A stretch of DNA of 64,000 bases, from the NCBI GenBank assembly GCA_903946745.1, contig CAJAWW010000011.1, forward strand, positions 2,368 to 66,367, in the 5' to 3' direction. This stretch comes from an uncultured beta proteobacterium. GTDB taxonomy: Bacteria; Pseudomonadota; Gammaproteobacteria; Burkholderiales; Rhodocyclaceae. The translations under genes were made by a program, and so were the position numbers. Position 1 is the first letter of the stretch, and each line of letters opens with the position of its first letter. Positions 9,730-20,358 of this stretch are shown in pieces. Under the pieces are notes generated by a model. That model was not told the origin of the DNA. It worked only from the letters and a program-made list of their open reading frames with translations, and searched no databases.

Positions 9730-10836
9730 TCAAAAAACTGCGCGCGGATAGGAGCCGAGCTCCTTGACGAACCCGGCGCGGCGGCGCAGTTCTTCGAGCG
9801 CGGCGGCTACCGGCGTGTCGCTGCGATGCCCTTCGACATCGATATAGAACACATATTCCCAGCGGCTGCCACCGAAACCCTTGGCCGGGCGCGATTCAAG
9901 CCGGGTCATGGATACCGCATGTTCGGCAAAGGGTGCCAGCAGATGATGAATGGCACCCGGACGATTCTGCGCCGAACAGACCAGCGAGGTACGGTCAATG
10001 CCTGATGGGTTCGCATCGTGTTCGCCCAGCACGACGAAGCGCGTGGTGTTGTTCGGATCGTCCTCGATGCTGGCCGCAAGAATCGGTAATTCATAGAGTG
10101 TCGCGGCGGCCTCGCCGGCGACCGCTGCCGCACCGGATTCACCCGCCGCCAGACGCGCGGCCTCGGCGTTGCTGGACACCGCCACGCGCGGCACATCAGG
10201 CAGATTGCGATTCAACCATTCGTGACACTGCGCCAGCGACTGGGCGTGCGAATACACACGTTTGACTTCTGCCAGCCCGGCGCTGCGACTCATCAAGTTG
10301 TGATGAATCGGCAAGGTGACTTCACCGCAGATATTTAGCGATGATGACAGCAGCAAATCGAGCGAGCGGCCAATGGCTCCTTCAGTGGAATTTTCAATCG
10401 GCACCACGCCGTAATGCGCGTTGCCCGATTCGACGGCGCGAAACACATCGTCGATCGCCGCACCGGGCACCAATGTTGGCGCACCGCCAAAATGCTTGCG
10501 CGCCGCGGCTTCGGTGTAGGTGCCGGCAGGCCCCAGATAGGCCACGGAAAGTGGCTGTTCCAGCGCCAGACAAGCCGACATGATTTCGCGGGCAATGCGC
10601 TGCACGGCCGCCGCAGGCAACGGCCCGGGGTTCTGCTCGGCAAAACGGCGCAACACCTGCGCTTCGCGTTCGGGGCGATAAATGTTGCCGTGCTTGATGG
10701 TGCCGATGCGCCCGGCCAGTTTGGCGCGCTCGTTGATTAAGCGCAGCAACTCGGCATCGATACCGTCGATGCCATCGCGCAGGCGCGCCAGTTCTTCTGT
10801 CAGATCGGCCGTCAGTTCTTTCGCATCATCCGCCAA
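9730..10836 (-). CDS. pheA: Bifunctional chorismate mutase / prephenate dehydratase (P-protein)
   Basis: 368 aa with an N-terminal chorismate mutase helix (LRDGIDGIDAELLRLINERAKLA), a prephenate dehydratase core and an ACT domain (TRFVVLG...SRP motif). Confidence 0.95.
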   Translation of the reverse strand: MADDAKELTADLTEELARLRDGIDGIDAELLRLINERAKLAGRIGTIKHGNIYRPEREAQVLRRFAEQNPGPLPAAAVQRIAREIMSACLALEQPLSVAYLGPAGTYTEAAARKHFGGAPTLVPGAAIDDVFRAVESGNAHYGVVPIENSTEGAIGRSLDLLLSSSLNICGEVTLPIHHNLMSRSAGLAEVKRVYSHAQSLAQCHEWLNRNLPDVPRVAVSSNAEAARLAAGESGAAAVAGEAAATLYELPILAASIEDDPNNTTRFVVLGEHDANPSGIDRTSLVCSAQNRPGAIHHLLAPFAEHAVSMTRLESRPAKGFGGSRWEYVFYIDVEGHRSDTPVAAALEELRRRAGFVKELGSYPRAVF

Positions 10837-10848
10837 GGTGCGCGCTCC

Positions 10849-12033
10849 TCAGGATTCGTGCGGCAGATACCTGACGGCGAGCACACCCGCGATGCCGGCA
10901 ATGGCCTCGATCACCGCAGGTTTGACGGCGCTATCCACATCCACCAGCGTATAGGCGATGTCGCCCCGCGATTTATTGACCATGTTGTGAATGTTCAGCC
11001 CGGCAGCGGCCAGCGTGGTGGAAATCTGCCCCACCATATTGGGCACGTTGGCGTTGGCAATGGCAATGCGCCAAGCCGATTCGCGCGGCATGCTGACATT
11101 GGGGAAATTGACCGCATTGGCCACCGCGCCGTGTTCAAGATAATCGACCAGTTGGTCGGCCACCATGATGGCGCAGTTTTCTTCGGCCTCACGGGTCGAA
11201 GCACCCAGATGCGGCAGAGCAATCACGCCGGGGTGACGGTTGATCTGCGCGGACGGAAAATCGCAGACGTAATAACCGAGCTTTTTATTCGTCAGTGCAT
11301 CCAGCACCGCCGCCTCATTCACCACGCCTTCGCGCGAAAAATTCAGCAGCACCGCACCGTGACGCATGGTGCTGACATTTTCGGCATTCACCAGATTCTT
11401 GGTTGCCGCCACCAGCGGCACATGCAAAGTGACGAACTGTGCATGCTTCAACACTTCAGCGACACTGTGGGCTTTCTTCACCTGCGCCGGCAAGCTCCAC
11501 GCCGCATCGACGGTGATTTCCGGGTCGAAACCGAGCACATTCATGCCCAGCTTAATGGCCGCATCAGCCACCAGACAGCCAATTTTGCCCAGCCCGACAA
11601 TGCCGAGCGTGTGGCCGGTCAGCTCGAAACCGGCAAACATTTTCTTGCCGTCTTCGACCTTCTTTTCCATGTCCGGATCGTTGGGGTCAAGCGCCGCGAC
11701 AAAGCCGATGGCTCCCGCCAGATTGCGCGAAGCCAGCAGCATGCCGGCGATGACCAGTTCCTTCACGGCATTGGCATTGGCACCCGGCGCATTGAACACC
11801 GGCACGCCACGCGCACTCATATCCGCGACCGGAATATTATTGGTACCCGCACCGGCACGCCCGATCGCCTGCACGCTGCGTGGAATCTCCATCGCATGCA
11901 TATCGGCCGAGCGCACCATGACTGCATCGGGATCAGCGAGATCTTTGCCTGTGACATAACGACCTTCCGGCAGGCGCTTGAGTCCTGAGGCGGAAATCTG
12001 ATTGAGTACCAGTATCTTCAGAGGATTGGCCAT
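10849..12033 (-). CDS. serA: D-3-phosphoglycerate dehydrogenase with C-terminal ACT domain
   Basis: 2-hydroxyacid dehydrogenase motifs (GIVGLGKIG, HLGAST). Start moved to the ATG at 12033 (MANPLKILVL), which avoids overlap with the serC stop at 12038. Confidence 0.85.
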   Translation of the reverse strand: MANPLKILVLNQISASGLKRLPEGRYVTGKDLADPDAVMVRSADMHAMEIPRSVQAIGRAGAGTNNIPVADMSARGVPVFNAPGANANAVKELVIAGMLLASRNLAGAIGFVAALDPNDPDMEKKVEDGKKMFAGFELTGHTLGIVGLGKIGCLVADAAIKLGMNVLGFDPEITVDAAWSLPAQVKKAHSVAEVLKHAQFVTLHVPLVAATKNLVNAENVSTMRHGAVLLNFSREGVVNEAAVLDALTNKKLGYYVCDFPSAQINRHPGVIALPHLGASTREAEENCAIMVADQLVDYLEHGAVANAVNFPNVSMPRESAWRIAIANANVPNMVGQISTTLAAAGLNIHNMVNKSRGDIAYTLVDVDSAVKPAVIEAIAGIAGVLAVRYLPHES

Positions 12034-12037
12034 GGCT

Positions 12038-13120
12038 TCACCCGTGCGCGGCTTCAAATTCTTTCATGTACGCCACCAGCGCCTGAACACCTTCGAGCGG
12101 CATGGCGTTGTAGATGGAGGCACGCATGCCGCCCACCGAGCGATGTCCCTTCAGTTGCGCCATGTTGTGCGCCTTGGCACCCTTGAGGAACTCATCATCC
12201 AGCGCAGCATTTCCAAGCGTGAAAGGCACGTTCATGCGGGAGCGGTCTTCTTTGCGCACCGGGTTGCTGTAGAACGCCGAGGCATCGAGGTAGTCATACA
12301 ACAGATCCGCTTTTTCGATGTTCTTTTTCTCGATCGCAACCAACCCGCCCTGCGCCTTCAGCCATTGGAAAACCAGCCCGGCAATGTAGATACCATAGGT
12401 CGGCGGCGTGTTGTACATGGAATCGTTATCGGCATGCGTCTTGTAGTCGAGCATGGTGGCCGGCGTCGGCACACCCTTGCCGATCAAGTCGTCGCGCACG
12501 ATCACGATAGTCAAGCCGGCCGGGCCGATGTTTTTTTGCGCCCCGGCGTAGATCAAGCCGTATTTGCTGACATCGACCGGTTTGGACAGAATGTTCGAGG
12601 ACATGTCGCACACCAAGGGCACGTCGCCGGTTTCGGGCGTCCAGTGAAATTCGACACCGCCGATGGTTTCGTTGGCCGTGTAGTGCAGATAAGCCGCCTT
12701 GGGGTCGGTCTTCCAGCCACTATGTGCGGGTGCGTAGGAAAAATTGGCATCCTCGGCGGTGGCAACCACGTTGACCTTGCCGAAGGCTTTGGCTTCTTTG
12801 ATCGCCTTCTTCGCCCACTCGCCGGTATGCACATAATCGGCGCTGCCGATGCCACGCATGAGATTGAGCGGAATCATCTCGAACTGCAACGTCGCGCCAC
12901 CTTGCAAAAATAGCACCTTGTAGTTGGCGGGAATGCCCATCAACTCACGCAAGTCGGCTTCGGTCTGGGCGTGAATCGCCATGTATTCCTTGCCGCGATG
13001 GCTCATTTCCATCACCGACTGGCCGCTGCCGTGCCAGTCGAGCATTTCTTCTGCGGCTTGCTTGAGAACGGACTCCGGCAGTGCGGCAGGGCCGGCGCTG
13101 AAATTGAAAATGCGTGCCAT
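12038..13120 (-). CDS. serC: Phosphoserine aminotransferase
   Basis: MARIFNFSAGPAALPESVLKQAAEE is the canonical SerC N-terminus. The longer track ORF (to 13243) overlaps the gyrA C-terminus and was trimmed. Confidence 0.95.
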   Translation of the reverse strand: MARIFNFSAGPAALPESVLKQAAEEMLDWHGSGQSVMEMSHRGKEYMAIHAQTEADLRELMGIPANYKVLFLQGGATLQFEMIPLNLMRGIGSADYVHTGEWAKKAIKEAKAFGKVNVVATAEDANFSYAPAHSGWKTDPKAAYLHYTANETIGGVEFHWTPETGDVPLVCDMSSNILSKPVDVSKYGLIYAGAQKNIGPAGLTIVIVRDDLIGKGVPTPATMLDYKTHADNDSMYNTPPTYGIYIAGLVFQWLKAQGGLVAIEKKNIEKADLLYDYLDASAFYSNPVRKEDRSRMNVPFTLGNAALDDEFLKGAKAHNMAQLKGHRSVGGMRASIYNAMPLEGVQALVAYMKEFEAAHG

Positions 13121-13124
13121 AAAC

Positions 13125-15743
13125 TTACTCCTCGGATGAGTCGGATTGTTCAGATGGATCAGGTTGTTCGGATTGTTCAGTTTCTTCGGGTTCGTCGGTT
13201 TCAATGACTTTTTCGACGCCGGCAAGATAGGTGCCCTGATCAAGATTGATGAGCGTCACACCTTGTGTGGAGCGCCCCATCTCGCGGATATCAGTGACGC
13301 GGGTACGAATCAGCACGCCGCCGGTGGAAATCAGCATGATTTCTTCGCGCGTTTCGCCCAGCGCCGCGAGCACAGCAGCAACGACCTTGCCGTTGCGCTC
13401 GGAAGTCTGGATCGCGATCATGCCCTTGGTGCCACGGCCGTGGCGCGTGTATTCAGCAATCGGAGTGCGCTTGCCGAAACCGTTTTCAGTCGCCGTCAGC
13501 ACCGAATAGCTTTCACTGTCGGCCACCAGCATGGAGATGACCTGCTGCCCGTCCTCCAGCATCATGCCGCGCACGCCTCGCGCTTCGCGACCCATCGGCC
13601 GCACGTCGTCTTCGGCAAAGCGCACCGCCTTGCCAGAATCCGAGAACAACATGACATCGCACTGGCCGTCGGTAATGGCCACACCAATGAGGTGATCGCC
13701 GTCATCCAGCCCCACGGCAATGATGCCGGCCTTGCGCGGGTTAGCGAAGCTGTTGAGCGGTGTTTTCTTCACCGTGCCCATGGACGTTGCCATGAAGACA
13801 AAATGTTGCTCGTCGAATACCTTAACCGGCAGGATCGCGGTGATTTTCTCGCCTTCTTCCAGCGGGAAGAGATTGACAATCGGCTTGCCGCGCGATGTCC
13901 GGGTGCCTTCCGGCGCCTCATACACCTTGAGCCAATAAACGCGACCGCGACTGGAAAAGCACAGGATGTAGTCGTGCGTATTGGCGATGAACAGGCAATC
14001 CACAAAATCATCGTCCTTGATCGCGGCGGCCTGCTTGCCACGCCCGCCACGGCGCTGAGATCGATAGTCGGCAAGCGGCTGGCGCTTGATGTAACCGGAA
14101 TGCGACAGGGTGACCACCATGTCCTCACGCGCAATCAGGTCTTCCAGATTGATATCGGTGGTGTTCAGTACAATTTCCGAACGACGCAAATCACCGTATT
14201 GCGCCTTGATCGCCGTCAGCTCATCGCCAATCATGGTGGTAATGCGCTCCGGGCGCGCCAGAATGTCGAGCAGGTCGGCGATCTGTTCCATCACCTCTTT
14301 GTATTCGGCAACAATTTTGTCCTGCTCAAGACCCGTCAGACGTTGCAAGCGCAGTTCGAGGATCGCCTGCGCCTGAACATCGGAGAGCAGATAGCCCTGT
14401 TCCGACAAACCAAACTCAGCCGCCAGTCCATCCGGACGCGAAGATTCGGCGCTGGCACGCTCAAGCATGCCTTCAACCAGTGTCGAGCGCCAGGTGCGCG
14501 CCATCAGTCCACGTTTCGCGTCAGCCGGCGTCGGTGCTGCCTTGATGAGTGCAATGATGTCATCAACGTTCGACAACGCCACCGCCAGACCTTCAAGAAT
14601 ATGCCCGCGTTCGCGCGCCTTGCGCAGTTCAAACACGGTACGCCGCGTGATGACCTCGCGCCGATGGGCGAGAAAACACACCAGCATGTCTTTCAGATTT
14701 AGCAGCTTCGGACGGCCATCAACCAGAGCCACCATGTTCATGCCGAAGGTGTCTTGCAGCTGCGTCTGTTTATAGAGGTGGTTCAGCACCACCTCGGGCA
14801 CTTCGCCACGTTTGATTTCGATGACCAGACGCATGCCGGACTTGTCCGACTCATCCTGAATATGTGCGATGCCTTCGATTTTCTTTTCGTGCACCAGTTC
14901 GGCGATTTTTTCCTGCAAGGTCTTTTTATTGACCTGATACGGCAACTCGTCGACCACGATGGCCTGACGGCCGCTGCGGGCAATTTCTTCAATGTGCGTG
15001 CGTGCGCGCATCACGACACGGCCGCGGCCGGTCATGTAGCCATCGCGCACTCCGGAAACACCGTAAATCAACGCGGCGGTAGGGAAGTCCGGTGCCGGAA
15101 CGATCTCGATCAGCTCCTCGATGGTGATGCCCGGGTTACCCAGCACAGCGAGACACGCAGCCACCACCTCGTTCAAATTGTGCGGTGGAATGTTGGTCGC
15201 CATGCCTACTGCGATGCCGGATGAACCGTTAATCAGCAGATTCGGAATGCGCGCCGGAAGGATCAGCGGCTCCTGCTCGGAGCCATCGTAGTTCGGCCCG
15301 AAATCGACCGTTTCCTTGTCGATATCGATCAGCAGCTCATGGCCGATGCGCGCCATGCGCACTTCGGTGTAGCGCATCGCCGCAGCGTTGTCGCCGTCGA
15401 CCGAACCGAAGTTACCCTGACCATCCACCAGCATGTAGCGCAAGCTGAAGTTCTGCGCCATACGCACGATGGTGTCGTACACCGCCGTATCGCCGTGCGG
15501 ATGGTATTTACCGATCACATCACCGACGATACGCGCCGACTTTTTGTACGCCTTGTTCCAGTCGTTATTGAGCTCGTGCATCGCAAACAGCACCCGGCGA
15601 TGTACGGGCTTCAGGCCGTCCCGCACATCGGGCAGTGCCCGCCCCACAATCACGCTCATGGCGTAATCGAGATACGAATGACGCATCTCTTCTTCGAGAC
15701 TGATCGGCAGGGTTTCTTTTGCGAAGGAGGTCATGTCTGACAA
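13125..15743 (-). CDS. gyrA: DNA gyrase subunit A
   Basis: 872 aa with GKYHPHGD (QRDR region), the active-site AAMRYTE tyrosine context, C-terminal beta-pinwheel repeats and an acidic tail. Confidence 0.97.
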   Translation of the reverse strand: MSDMTSFAKETLPISLEEEMRHSYLDYAMSVIVGRALPDVRDGLKPVHRRVLFAMHELNNDWNKAYKKSARIVGDVIGKYHPHGDTAVYDTIVRMAQNFSLRYMLVDGQGNFGSVDGDNAAAMRYTEVRMARIGHELLIDIDKETVDFGPNYDGSEQEPLILPARIPNLLINGSSGIAVGMATNIPPHNLNEVVAACLAVLGNPGITIEELIEIVPAPDFPTAALIYGVSGVRDGYMTGRGRVVMRARTHIEEIARSGRQAIVVDELPYQVNKKTLQEKIAELVHEKKIEGIAHIQDESDKSGMRLVIEIKRGEVPEVVLNHLYKQTQLQDTFGMNMVALVDGRPKLLNLKDMLVCFLAHRREVITRRTVFELRKARERGHILEGLAVALSNVDDIIALIKAAPTPADAKRGLMARTWRSTLVEGMLERASAESSRPDGLAAEFGLSEQGYLLSDVQAQAILELRLQRLTGLEQDKIVAEYKEVMEQIADLLDILARPERITTMIGDELTAIKAQYGDLRRSEIVLNTTDINLEDLIAREDMVVTLSHSGYIKRQPLADYRSQRRGGRGKQAAAIKDDDFVDCLFIANTHDYILCFSSRGRVYWLKVYEAPEGTRTSRGKPIVNLFPLEEGEKITAILPVKVFDEQHFVFMATSMGTVKKTPLNSFANPRKAGIIAVGLDDGDHLIGVAITDGQCDVMLFSDSGKAVRFAEDDVRPMGREARGVRGMMLEDGQQVISMLVADSESYSVLTATENGFGKRTPIAEYTRHGRGTKGMIAIQTSERNGKVVAAVLAALGETREEIMLISTGGVLIRTRVTDIREMGRSTQGVTLINLDQGTYLAGVEKVIETDEPEETEQSEQPDPSEQSDSSEE

Positions 15744-15838
15744 CCCCGGTCGGCAAGCGACAGGGTGGTAGCGAGAAAGCGGGCGATTTTAGCATGCAGG
15801 GGGATGGCAAACCGGTTGTCGAAAGCGCCTGAATCTGA

Positions 15839-17194
15839 TTGAATCAGAACATGGAACCCGCCGCCTTTCACGAATCCCGGCCAACACGCGTTGACCTGTT
15901 GATCCGGCCAGAATGGATCATCCCCATTGAACCCGCCGGCATCACGCTGTCGGGTCACGTTTTGGCGATTGATAAAGGCAGGATCGTCGATCTTGTGCCC
16001 CAAAATGAGGCTACACAACGTTTTCAGCCCGACGAAACACTCGATCTACCCGGTCAGGTGCTCCTTCCGGGGTTGATTAACCTGCATACCCATGCCGCAA
16101 TGAGCCTGATGCGCGGCTACGCTGACGACCAACCCTTGATGAAATGGCTGACCGAGCACATCTGGCCGGCCGAAGCCCGCTTCGTCGGACCCGATTTTGT
16201 CCGCGCAGGCACCCTGCTGGCCTGTGCCGAAATGCTGCGCGGCGGAATCACCACCTTCAATGACATGTACTTTTTCCCTCAGGCCGCCGCCGAATCGGCT
16301 CGGCGCGCCGGGATGCGTGCGGTGCTGGGGTTGATTGCCATCGAATTTCCCTCGGCCTATGCAACAGACGCTGACGACTATCTTGCCAAAGGGCTCGCAC
16401 TTCGAGACACGCTCGCTGACGATCCGCTGCTGAGCTTCTGCCTGGCTCCGCATGCGCCCTACACGGTGGCGGACAAGACCTTCGAGAAAATCGCCACGCT
16501 TGGCGCACAACTCGAACTCCCCGTTCACATGCATCTGCATGAAACACAACAGGAAGTTAGCGATAGCATCAAGCTTCACGGAGTGCGTCCGCTGCAACGC
16601 ATGCAACGCCTGGGGCTACTCAATCCGAACCTGATCGCCGTGCATGCCGTGCACCTTGAGCCGACGGAGATTGATTTACTCCTGCAACATGGTTGCCACA
16701 TCGCTCACTGTCCCACCTCAAACATGAAGCTGGGTAGCGGAATTCCTGATATGGCGGCCATTCAGGCGCATGGCATCAACTTTGGGTTAGGAACCGACGG
16801 TGCCGCCTCCAATAACCGGCTCGACCTGTTTCAGGAAATGCGTCATGCAGCATTGGCAGCCAAAGGAAGCAGCAGGGACGCCACGGTGCTGGACGCGCAC
16901 ACAATTCTTCGCGCAGCCACGCTTGGCGGCGCGCGAGCGCTTGGACAAGATGACCGGATTGGTTCACTACTACCGGGAAAATGTGCCGATCTTTGTGCGA
17001 TCAGGCTGGATGACTGGCTGATCCAACCCTGTTTCGATCCGGCATCTCATCTTGTGTACGTGGCCGGCCGGGAAAACGTTACTCACACGCTGATTGACGG
17101 AAAAATCGTGATGCGTGATGGACTTCCAATACATATTCCGGCTCCCGCATTGCGCAGTGCGGTGGCTTTATGGCATAATCGACTCACGTCTTAA
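15839..17194 (+). CDS. mtaD: Amidohydrolase, 5-methylthioadenosine/S-adenosylhomocysteine deaminase-like (TRZ/ATZ family)
   Basis: 451 aa with the NLHTHAAMS metal-binding HxH motif and a later HLHE / HCPTSN pattern. TTG start at 15839; alternative ATG at 15851. Confidence 0.8.
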   Translation: MNQNMEPAAFHESRPTRVDLLIRPEWIIPIEPAGITLSGHVLAIDKGRIVDLVPQNEATQRFQPDETLDLPGQVLLPGLINLHTHAAMSLMRGYADDQPLMKWLTEHIWPAEARFVGPDFVRAGTLLACAEMLRGGITTFNDMYFFPQAAAESARRAGMRAVLGLIAIEFPSAYATDADDYLAKGLALRDTLADDPLLSFCLAPHAPYTVADKTFEKIATLGAQLELPVHMHLHETQQEVSDSIKLHGVRPLQRMQRLGLLNPNLIAVHAVHLEPTEIDLLLQHGCHIAHCPTSNMKLGSGIPDMAAIQAHGINFGLGTDGAASNNRLDLFQEMRHAALAAKGSSRDATVLDAHTILRAATLGGARALGQDDRIGSLLPGKCADLCAIRLDDWLIQPCFDPASHLVYVAGRENVTHTLIDGKIVMRDGLPIHIPAPALRSAVALWHNRLTS

Positions 17195-17323
17195 CATAGT
17201 ATCGACGCCGGTTGATCTTAGTTTGATCGTATGGAATCAGGCTCATACAGTCCCTGACACCACTAAAATTCTGGCGAAGATATCAATAATTGCTGAACAA
17301 CTCCATTCAAAGGGGAGCTCCTG

Positions 17324-18007
17324 ATGACTCGCGCGAAATTTTCTCTGTTACTTACTGTCCTGCTCGGCATTTCGTCTGCCGCAATGGCTCAGACACCCGG
17401 CATTGATACGAAAGGCACCGTTGGTTATCTGATCGACCAACGTGGTTATGTCGCCAAGAGTGGTTTTGGTCTTTGCTGGCGCACCAGTTACTGGACGCCT
17501 GCCATGGCAATTGCGGAATGCGATCCTGATCTGGTAAAGCGTGACGCGGCGTCTGCTGGTGGCACGACTTCAGCGGGTGGCCCTACCGACGCCGCTCCCG
17601 CCGCAGCCAAGCTTGCCCCGTCTGCCGAGAAGATCAAATTCGCCGCTGATGCACTGTTTGATTTCAATAAAGCAACCCTGCGTCCAGAAGGTACGGCAAA
17701 GCTGGACAAGTTGGTGAGCGACATCAAAGGCATTAAACTCGAAGTCATTATTGCGGTAGGCCATACCGACCGCTTTGGCACCGATGCCTACAACCAGAAT
17801 CTTTCCGAAAAACGTGCTGCCGCAGTCAAGACCTATCTGGTCAGCAAGGGTGTTGAAGCAGCGCGCGTCTATGCCGAAGGCAAGGGCAAGAAGCAGCCTG
17901 TGACCAATGCGGCGGATTGCAAAGGCGCAAAGAGCAAGAAGACAATCGATTGCCTGCAGCCGGATCGTCGCGTGGAAATCGAAGTTATCGGCACCAAGTC
18001 GAACTAA
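17324..18007 (+). CDS. OmpA-family periplasmic/outer-membrane protein
   Basis: 227 aa with a signal peptide (LLGISSAAMA-QT), an Ala/Pro-rich linker and an OmpA_C peptidoglycan-binding domain (GHTDRFGTDAYNQNLSEKRA). Confidence 0.85.
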   Translation: MTRAKFSLLLTVLLGISSAAMAQTPGIDTKGTVGYLIDQRGYVAKSGFGLCWRTSYWTPAMAIAECDPDLVKRDAASAGGTTSAGGPTDAAPAAAKLAPSAEKIKFAADALFDFNKATLRPEGTAKLDKLVSDIKGIKLEVIIAVGHTDRFGTDAYNQNLSEKRAAAVKTYLVSKGVEAARVYAEGKGKKQPVTNAADCKGAKSKKTIDCLQPDRRVEIEVIGTKSN

Positions 18008-18024
18008 TTTCACTTCACTCAATG

Positions 18025-18058
18025 AAAAAGCCCTGCCTTGCAGGGCTTTTTCATTTTT
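18025..18058 (+). terminator. Rho-independent terminator after the ompA-family gene
   Basis: agccctgc (18029-18036) / gcagggct (18040-18047) stem with a 3-nt loop, followed by a T-run. Confidence 0.8.
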
Positions 18059-18074
18059 CACGATAATCATAAAC

Positions 18075-18782
18075 ATGACTGCGACTCTTAACGCCGATCA
18101 GCGTGAGCTCGATAAATTTGGTGAACTGGCTCACCGCTGGTGGGATCCGAACTCCGAGTTTCGCCCGCTGCATGACATCAATCCAACCCGCATCAACTGG
18201 ATCAATCAACATTGCGGATTATCAGGCAAGCGTGTCATCGACGTTGGATGCGGTGGCGGACTGGTCACTGAAGCCATGGCGCGTCACGGCGCAGACGTCG
18301 TTGGCATCGACCTTTCGGAAAAACCATTGGGCGTCGCCAAACTGCACTTGCATGAAAGCGGCCTTGCCATCAACTACCGATTGGTGTCAGCGGAATCGAT
18401 GGCAATAGAAAGCCCCGCAAGCTTCGACGTCGTCACCTGCCTCGAAATGATCGAGCATGTACCGCAACCATCGAGCACCATTGAGGCCTGTGCCCGTCTC
18501 GTCAAACCGGGCGGACAGGTTTTTCTATCGACAATCAACCGTAATCCGAAAGCCTATCTTCTGGCAGTGATCGGTGCCGAATACCTGCTCAACCTGATGC
18601 CACGAGGAACTCACGACTATGCGCGGTTTATCAAACCGGCAGAACTCGCGCGCCTTTGTCGTAACGCCGGACTCGATGTGCTTGAAATCGTCGGCATACG
18701 CTATAACCCGTTTGATCGTAGCAGTTCAATTTGCGCAGACACCGACGTGAATTACATCCTGCGTGCCCGCCGTCAAGACTAA
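18075..18782 (+). CDS. ubiG: Bifunctional 3-demethylubiquinol 3-O-methyltransferase / 2-polyprenyl-6-hydroxyphenol methylase
   Basis: MTATLNADQRELDKFGELAHRWWDP is the typical UbiG N-terminus, with the SAM motif VIDVGCGGG. The track ORF start at 17907 reads through the terminator and was trimmed to the ATG at 18075. Confidence 0.9.
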   Translation: MTATLNADQRELDKFGELAHRWWDPNSEFRPLHDINPTRINWINQHCGLSGKRVIDVGCGGGLVTEAMARHGADVVGIDLSEKPLGVAKLHLHESGLAINYRLVSAESMAIESPASFDVVTCLEMIEHVPQPSSTIEACARLVKPGGQVFLSTINRNPKAYLLAVIGAEYLLNLMPRGTHDYARFIKPAELARLCRNAGLDVLEIVGIRYNPFDRSSSICADTDVNYILRARRQD

Positions 18783-18809
18783 GGCGGGAAACTTCGCGCA
18801 GCAGCGATA

Positions 18810-19571
18810 TCAATCAAACAGTGGCGTTTGTCCCGGGGTCGGAGCATCTGCTGAAGCTGACGCATCTTCCGGGGGCGGCGTGCCCTCGGTGGGTGCTGGT
18901 TGTGGCAAAGATTCAATGGGTGCCACCATTTCGGCAGCGGTGCGGCTACGCAAGTATTCGACGATTGCCGTGTTTTCTGATTTGACGGCAAGCGTCAGCG
19001 CCGTATCCTTGTCATAGTCGACCATATCAATTTCAGCGGCGGCCTCGACCAGCAGGCGCGCCAACTCAATCTTGCCGAGCTTGGCCGCCAGCATCAGTGC
19101 AGTCTGCCCGTTGGGTGCGCGCGCATCGACATTGGCACCGTATTCGATCAGGAAAGCCGCAATGTCGAGATGACCACCGTATGTTGCATAGTGCAATGGC
19201 GTCCAGCCGGATGGATTGATCTCGGCCCGGTGCTTGACCAGCACCTGTGCCACATCGAGCTTTCCTGCCAGCGCCGCCAGCAACAGTGCGGTATCGCCAT
19301 GGCGGTTGCGCCGGTTGGCATTGGCTCGGTTGGCAAGCAGGGTCTCCATCAGCGGAATGTTGCCGTTGCGCGCGGCAATCATCAGTAATGTCGTACCGGT
19401 CTGATCTGAGGTATTCACATCCATGCCACGCCCGATCAGATCGACCACCGTTGCTGTATCACTATTATTGACGGCAGCGATAATGTTGTCGTAGGCACCT
19501 GCCTGCGCAACGCCCTGTCCGAGCGCAAAAACCGTTAAGGCGATCAGTACGTTACGTTTGATATGTGTCAT
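18810..19571 (-). CDS. Secreted ankyrin-repeat protein
   Basis: Signal peptide MTHIKRNVLIALTVFALGQGVAQA, then about five ANK repeats (GTTLLMIAARNGNIPLMETLL, GDTALLLAALAGKLDVAQVLV, GWTPLHYATYGGHLDIAAFLI, GQTALMLAAKLGKIELARLLV) and a Pro/Ala-rich tail. The start at 19571 overlaps the tatD 3' end by 20 nt. Confidence 0.8.
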   Translation of the reverse strand: MTHIKRNVLIALTVFALGQGVAQAGAYDNIIAAVNNSDTATVVDLIGRGMDVNTSDQTGTTLLMIAARNGNIPLMETLLANRANANRRNRHGDTALLLAALAGKLDVAQVLVKHRAEINPSGWTPLHYATYGGHLDIAAFLIEYGANVDARAPNGQTALMLAAKLGKIELARLLVEAAAEIDMVDYDKDTALTLAVKSENTAIVEYLRSRTAAEMVAPIESLPQPAPTEGTPPPEDASASADAPTPGQTPLFD

Positions 19572-20358
19572 GCGGAATCCTGAACAGGCGAAAAAAATTG
19601 GCCGTGGTGGCACGGGTCAGATCGGCAAGCGGGACGCCCTTCAGACGGGCGACTTCTTCTGCAACATGCAATACCAGTGCCGGATGATTGAGTTTGCCGC
19701 GAAACGGTACCGGGGCAAGATACGGTGCATCGGTTTCAACCAGTATTCGCTCCATCGGCACAAATGCGGCAACCTCTTTGATCTGCAAGGCATTCTTGAA
19801 TGTCACAATGCCCGAAAACGAAATATGGAAGCCGATCCGTAGTGCCGCCTCGGCAACCTCACGGGTTTCGGTAAAGCAGTGGAACACGCCGCCGACCTCA
19901 CCCGCCCCCTCCTCTTCAAGAATGCGTAGTGTGTCCGCTGCTGCCTCACGGGTGTGGATGATAAGCGGCTTGCCGGCGCGGCGCGCGGCGCGCACATGCA
20001 CGCGCAGACGCGTTCTTTGCCACTCCAGATCACCCTCCAGCCGATAGTAGTCAAGACCGGTTTCGCCGATAGCCACCACCTTTGGGTGGTTAGCAAGCCG
20101 TACCAAGGTGTCTTCGTCAGCTTCTGCGCCCTCTTGCGTATCCGGATGGACGCCGACGGCAGCATACAGATTGGGAAAGCGCTCGGCCAGCGCCAATACG
20201 GCGGGAAACCGCTCCAGCGTCACGCCGGCGATCAACGCCCAGCCGACCCCGTTGGCCTGCATGGCGGCGAGATACGCATCCTCTTTACCGTTAAAGTCGG
20301 CAAAGTCGAGATGACAATGTGAATCGACCAGCATGGGATCTGTCGCAGATGTATTCAT
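19552..20358 (-). CDS. tatD: TatD-family metal-dependent hydrolase/DNase
   Basis: 268 aa with LVDSHCHLDF and later HTREA / ETDAPYL motifs. ATGA overlap with the holB stop. Confidence 0.9.
   Translation of the reverse strand: MNTSATDPMLVDSHCHLDFADFNGKEDAYLAAMQANGVGWALIAGVTLERFPAVLALAERFPNLYAAVGVHPDTQEGAEADEDTLVRLANHPKVVAIGETGLDYYRLEGDLEWQRTRLRVHVRAARRAGKPLIIHTREAAADTLRILEEEGAGEVGGVFHCFTETREVAEAALRIGFHISFSGIVTFKNALQIKEVAAFVPMERILVETDAPYLAPVPFRGKLNHPALVLHVAEEVARLKGVPLADLTRATTANFFRLFRIPHDTYQT

Noticed and set aside
13121-13243. N-terminal extensions of track ORFs: serC to 13243, tmk to 22198, mltG to 23078, tadA to 29630, ubiG from 17907, napA to 57303, napD to 57484, napF from 51703, bioF from 35740
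   Set aside because: The extensions overlap neighbouring genes or a terminator and lack homology-like sequence. Internal starts reproduce the canonical N-termini.
13146-14702. 518-aa plus-strand ORF (and 14754-15224, 15339-15740) opposite gyrA
   Set aside because: Antisense shadow ORFs of gyrA with no domain signatures.
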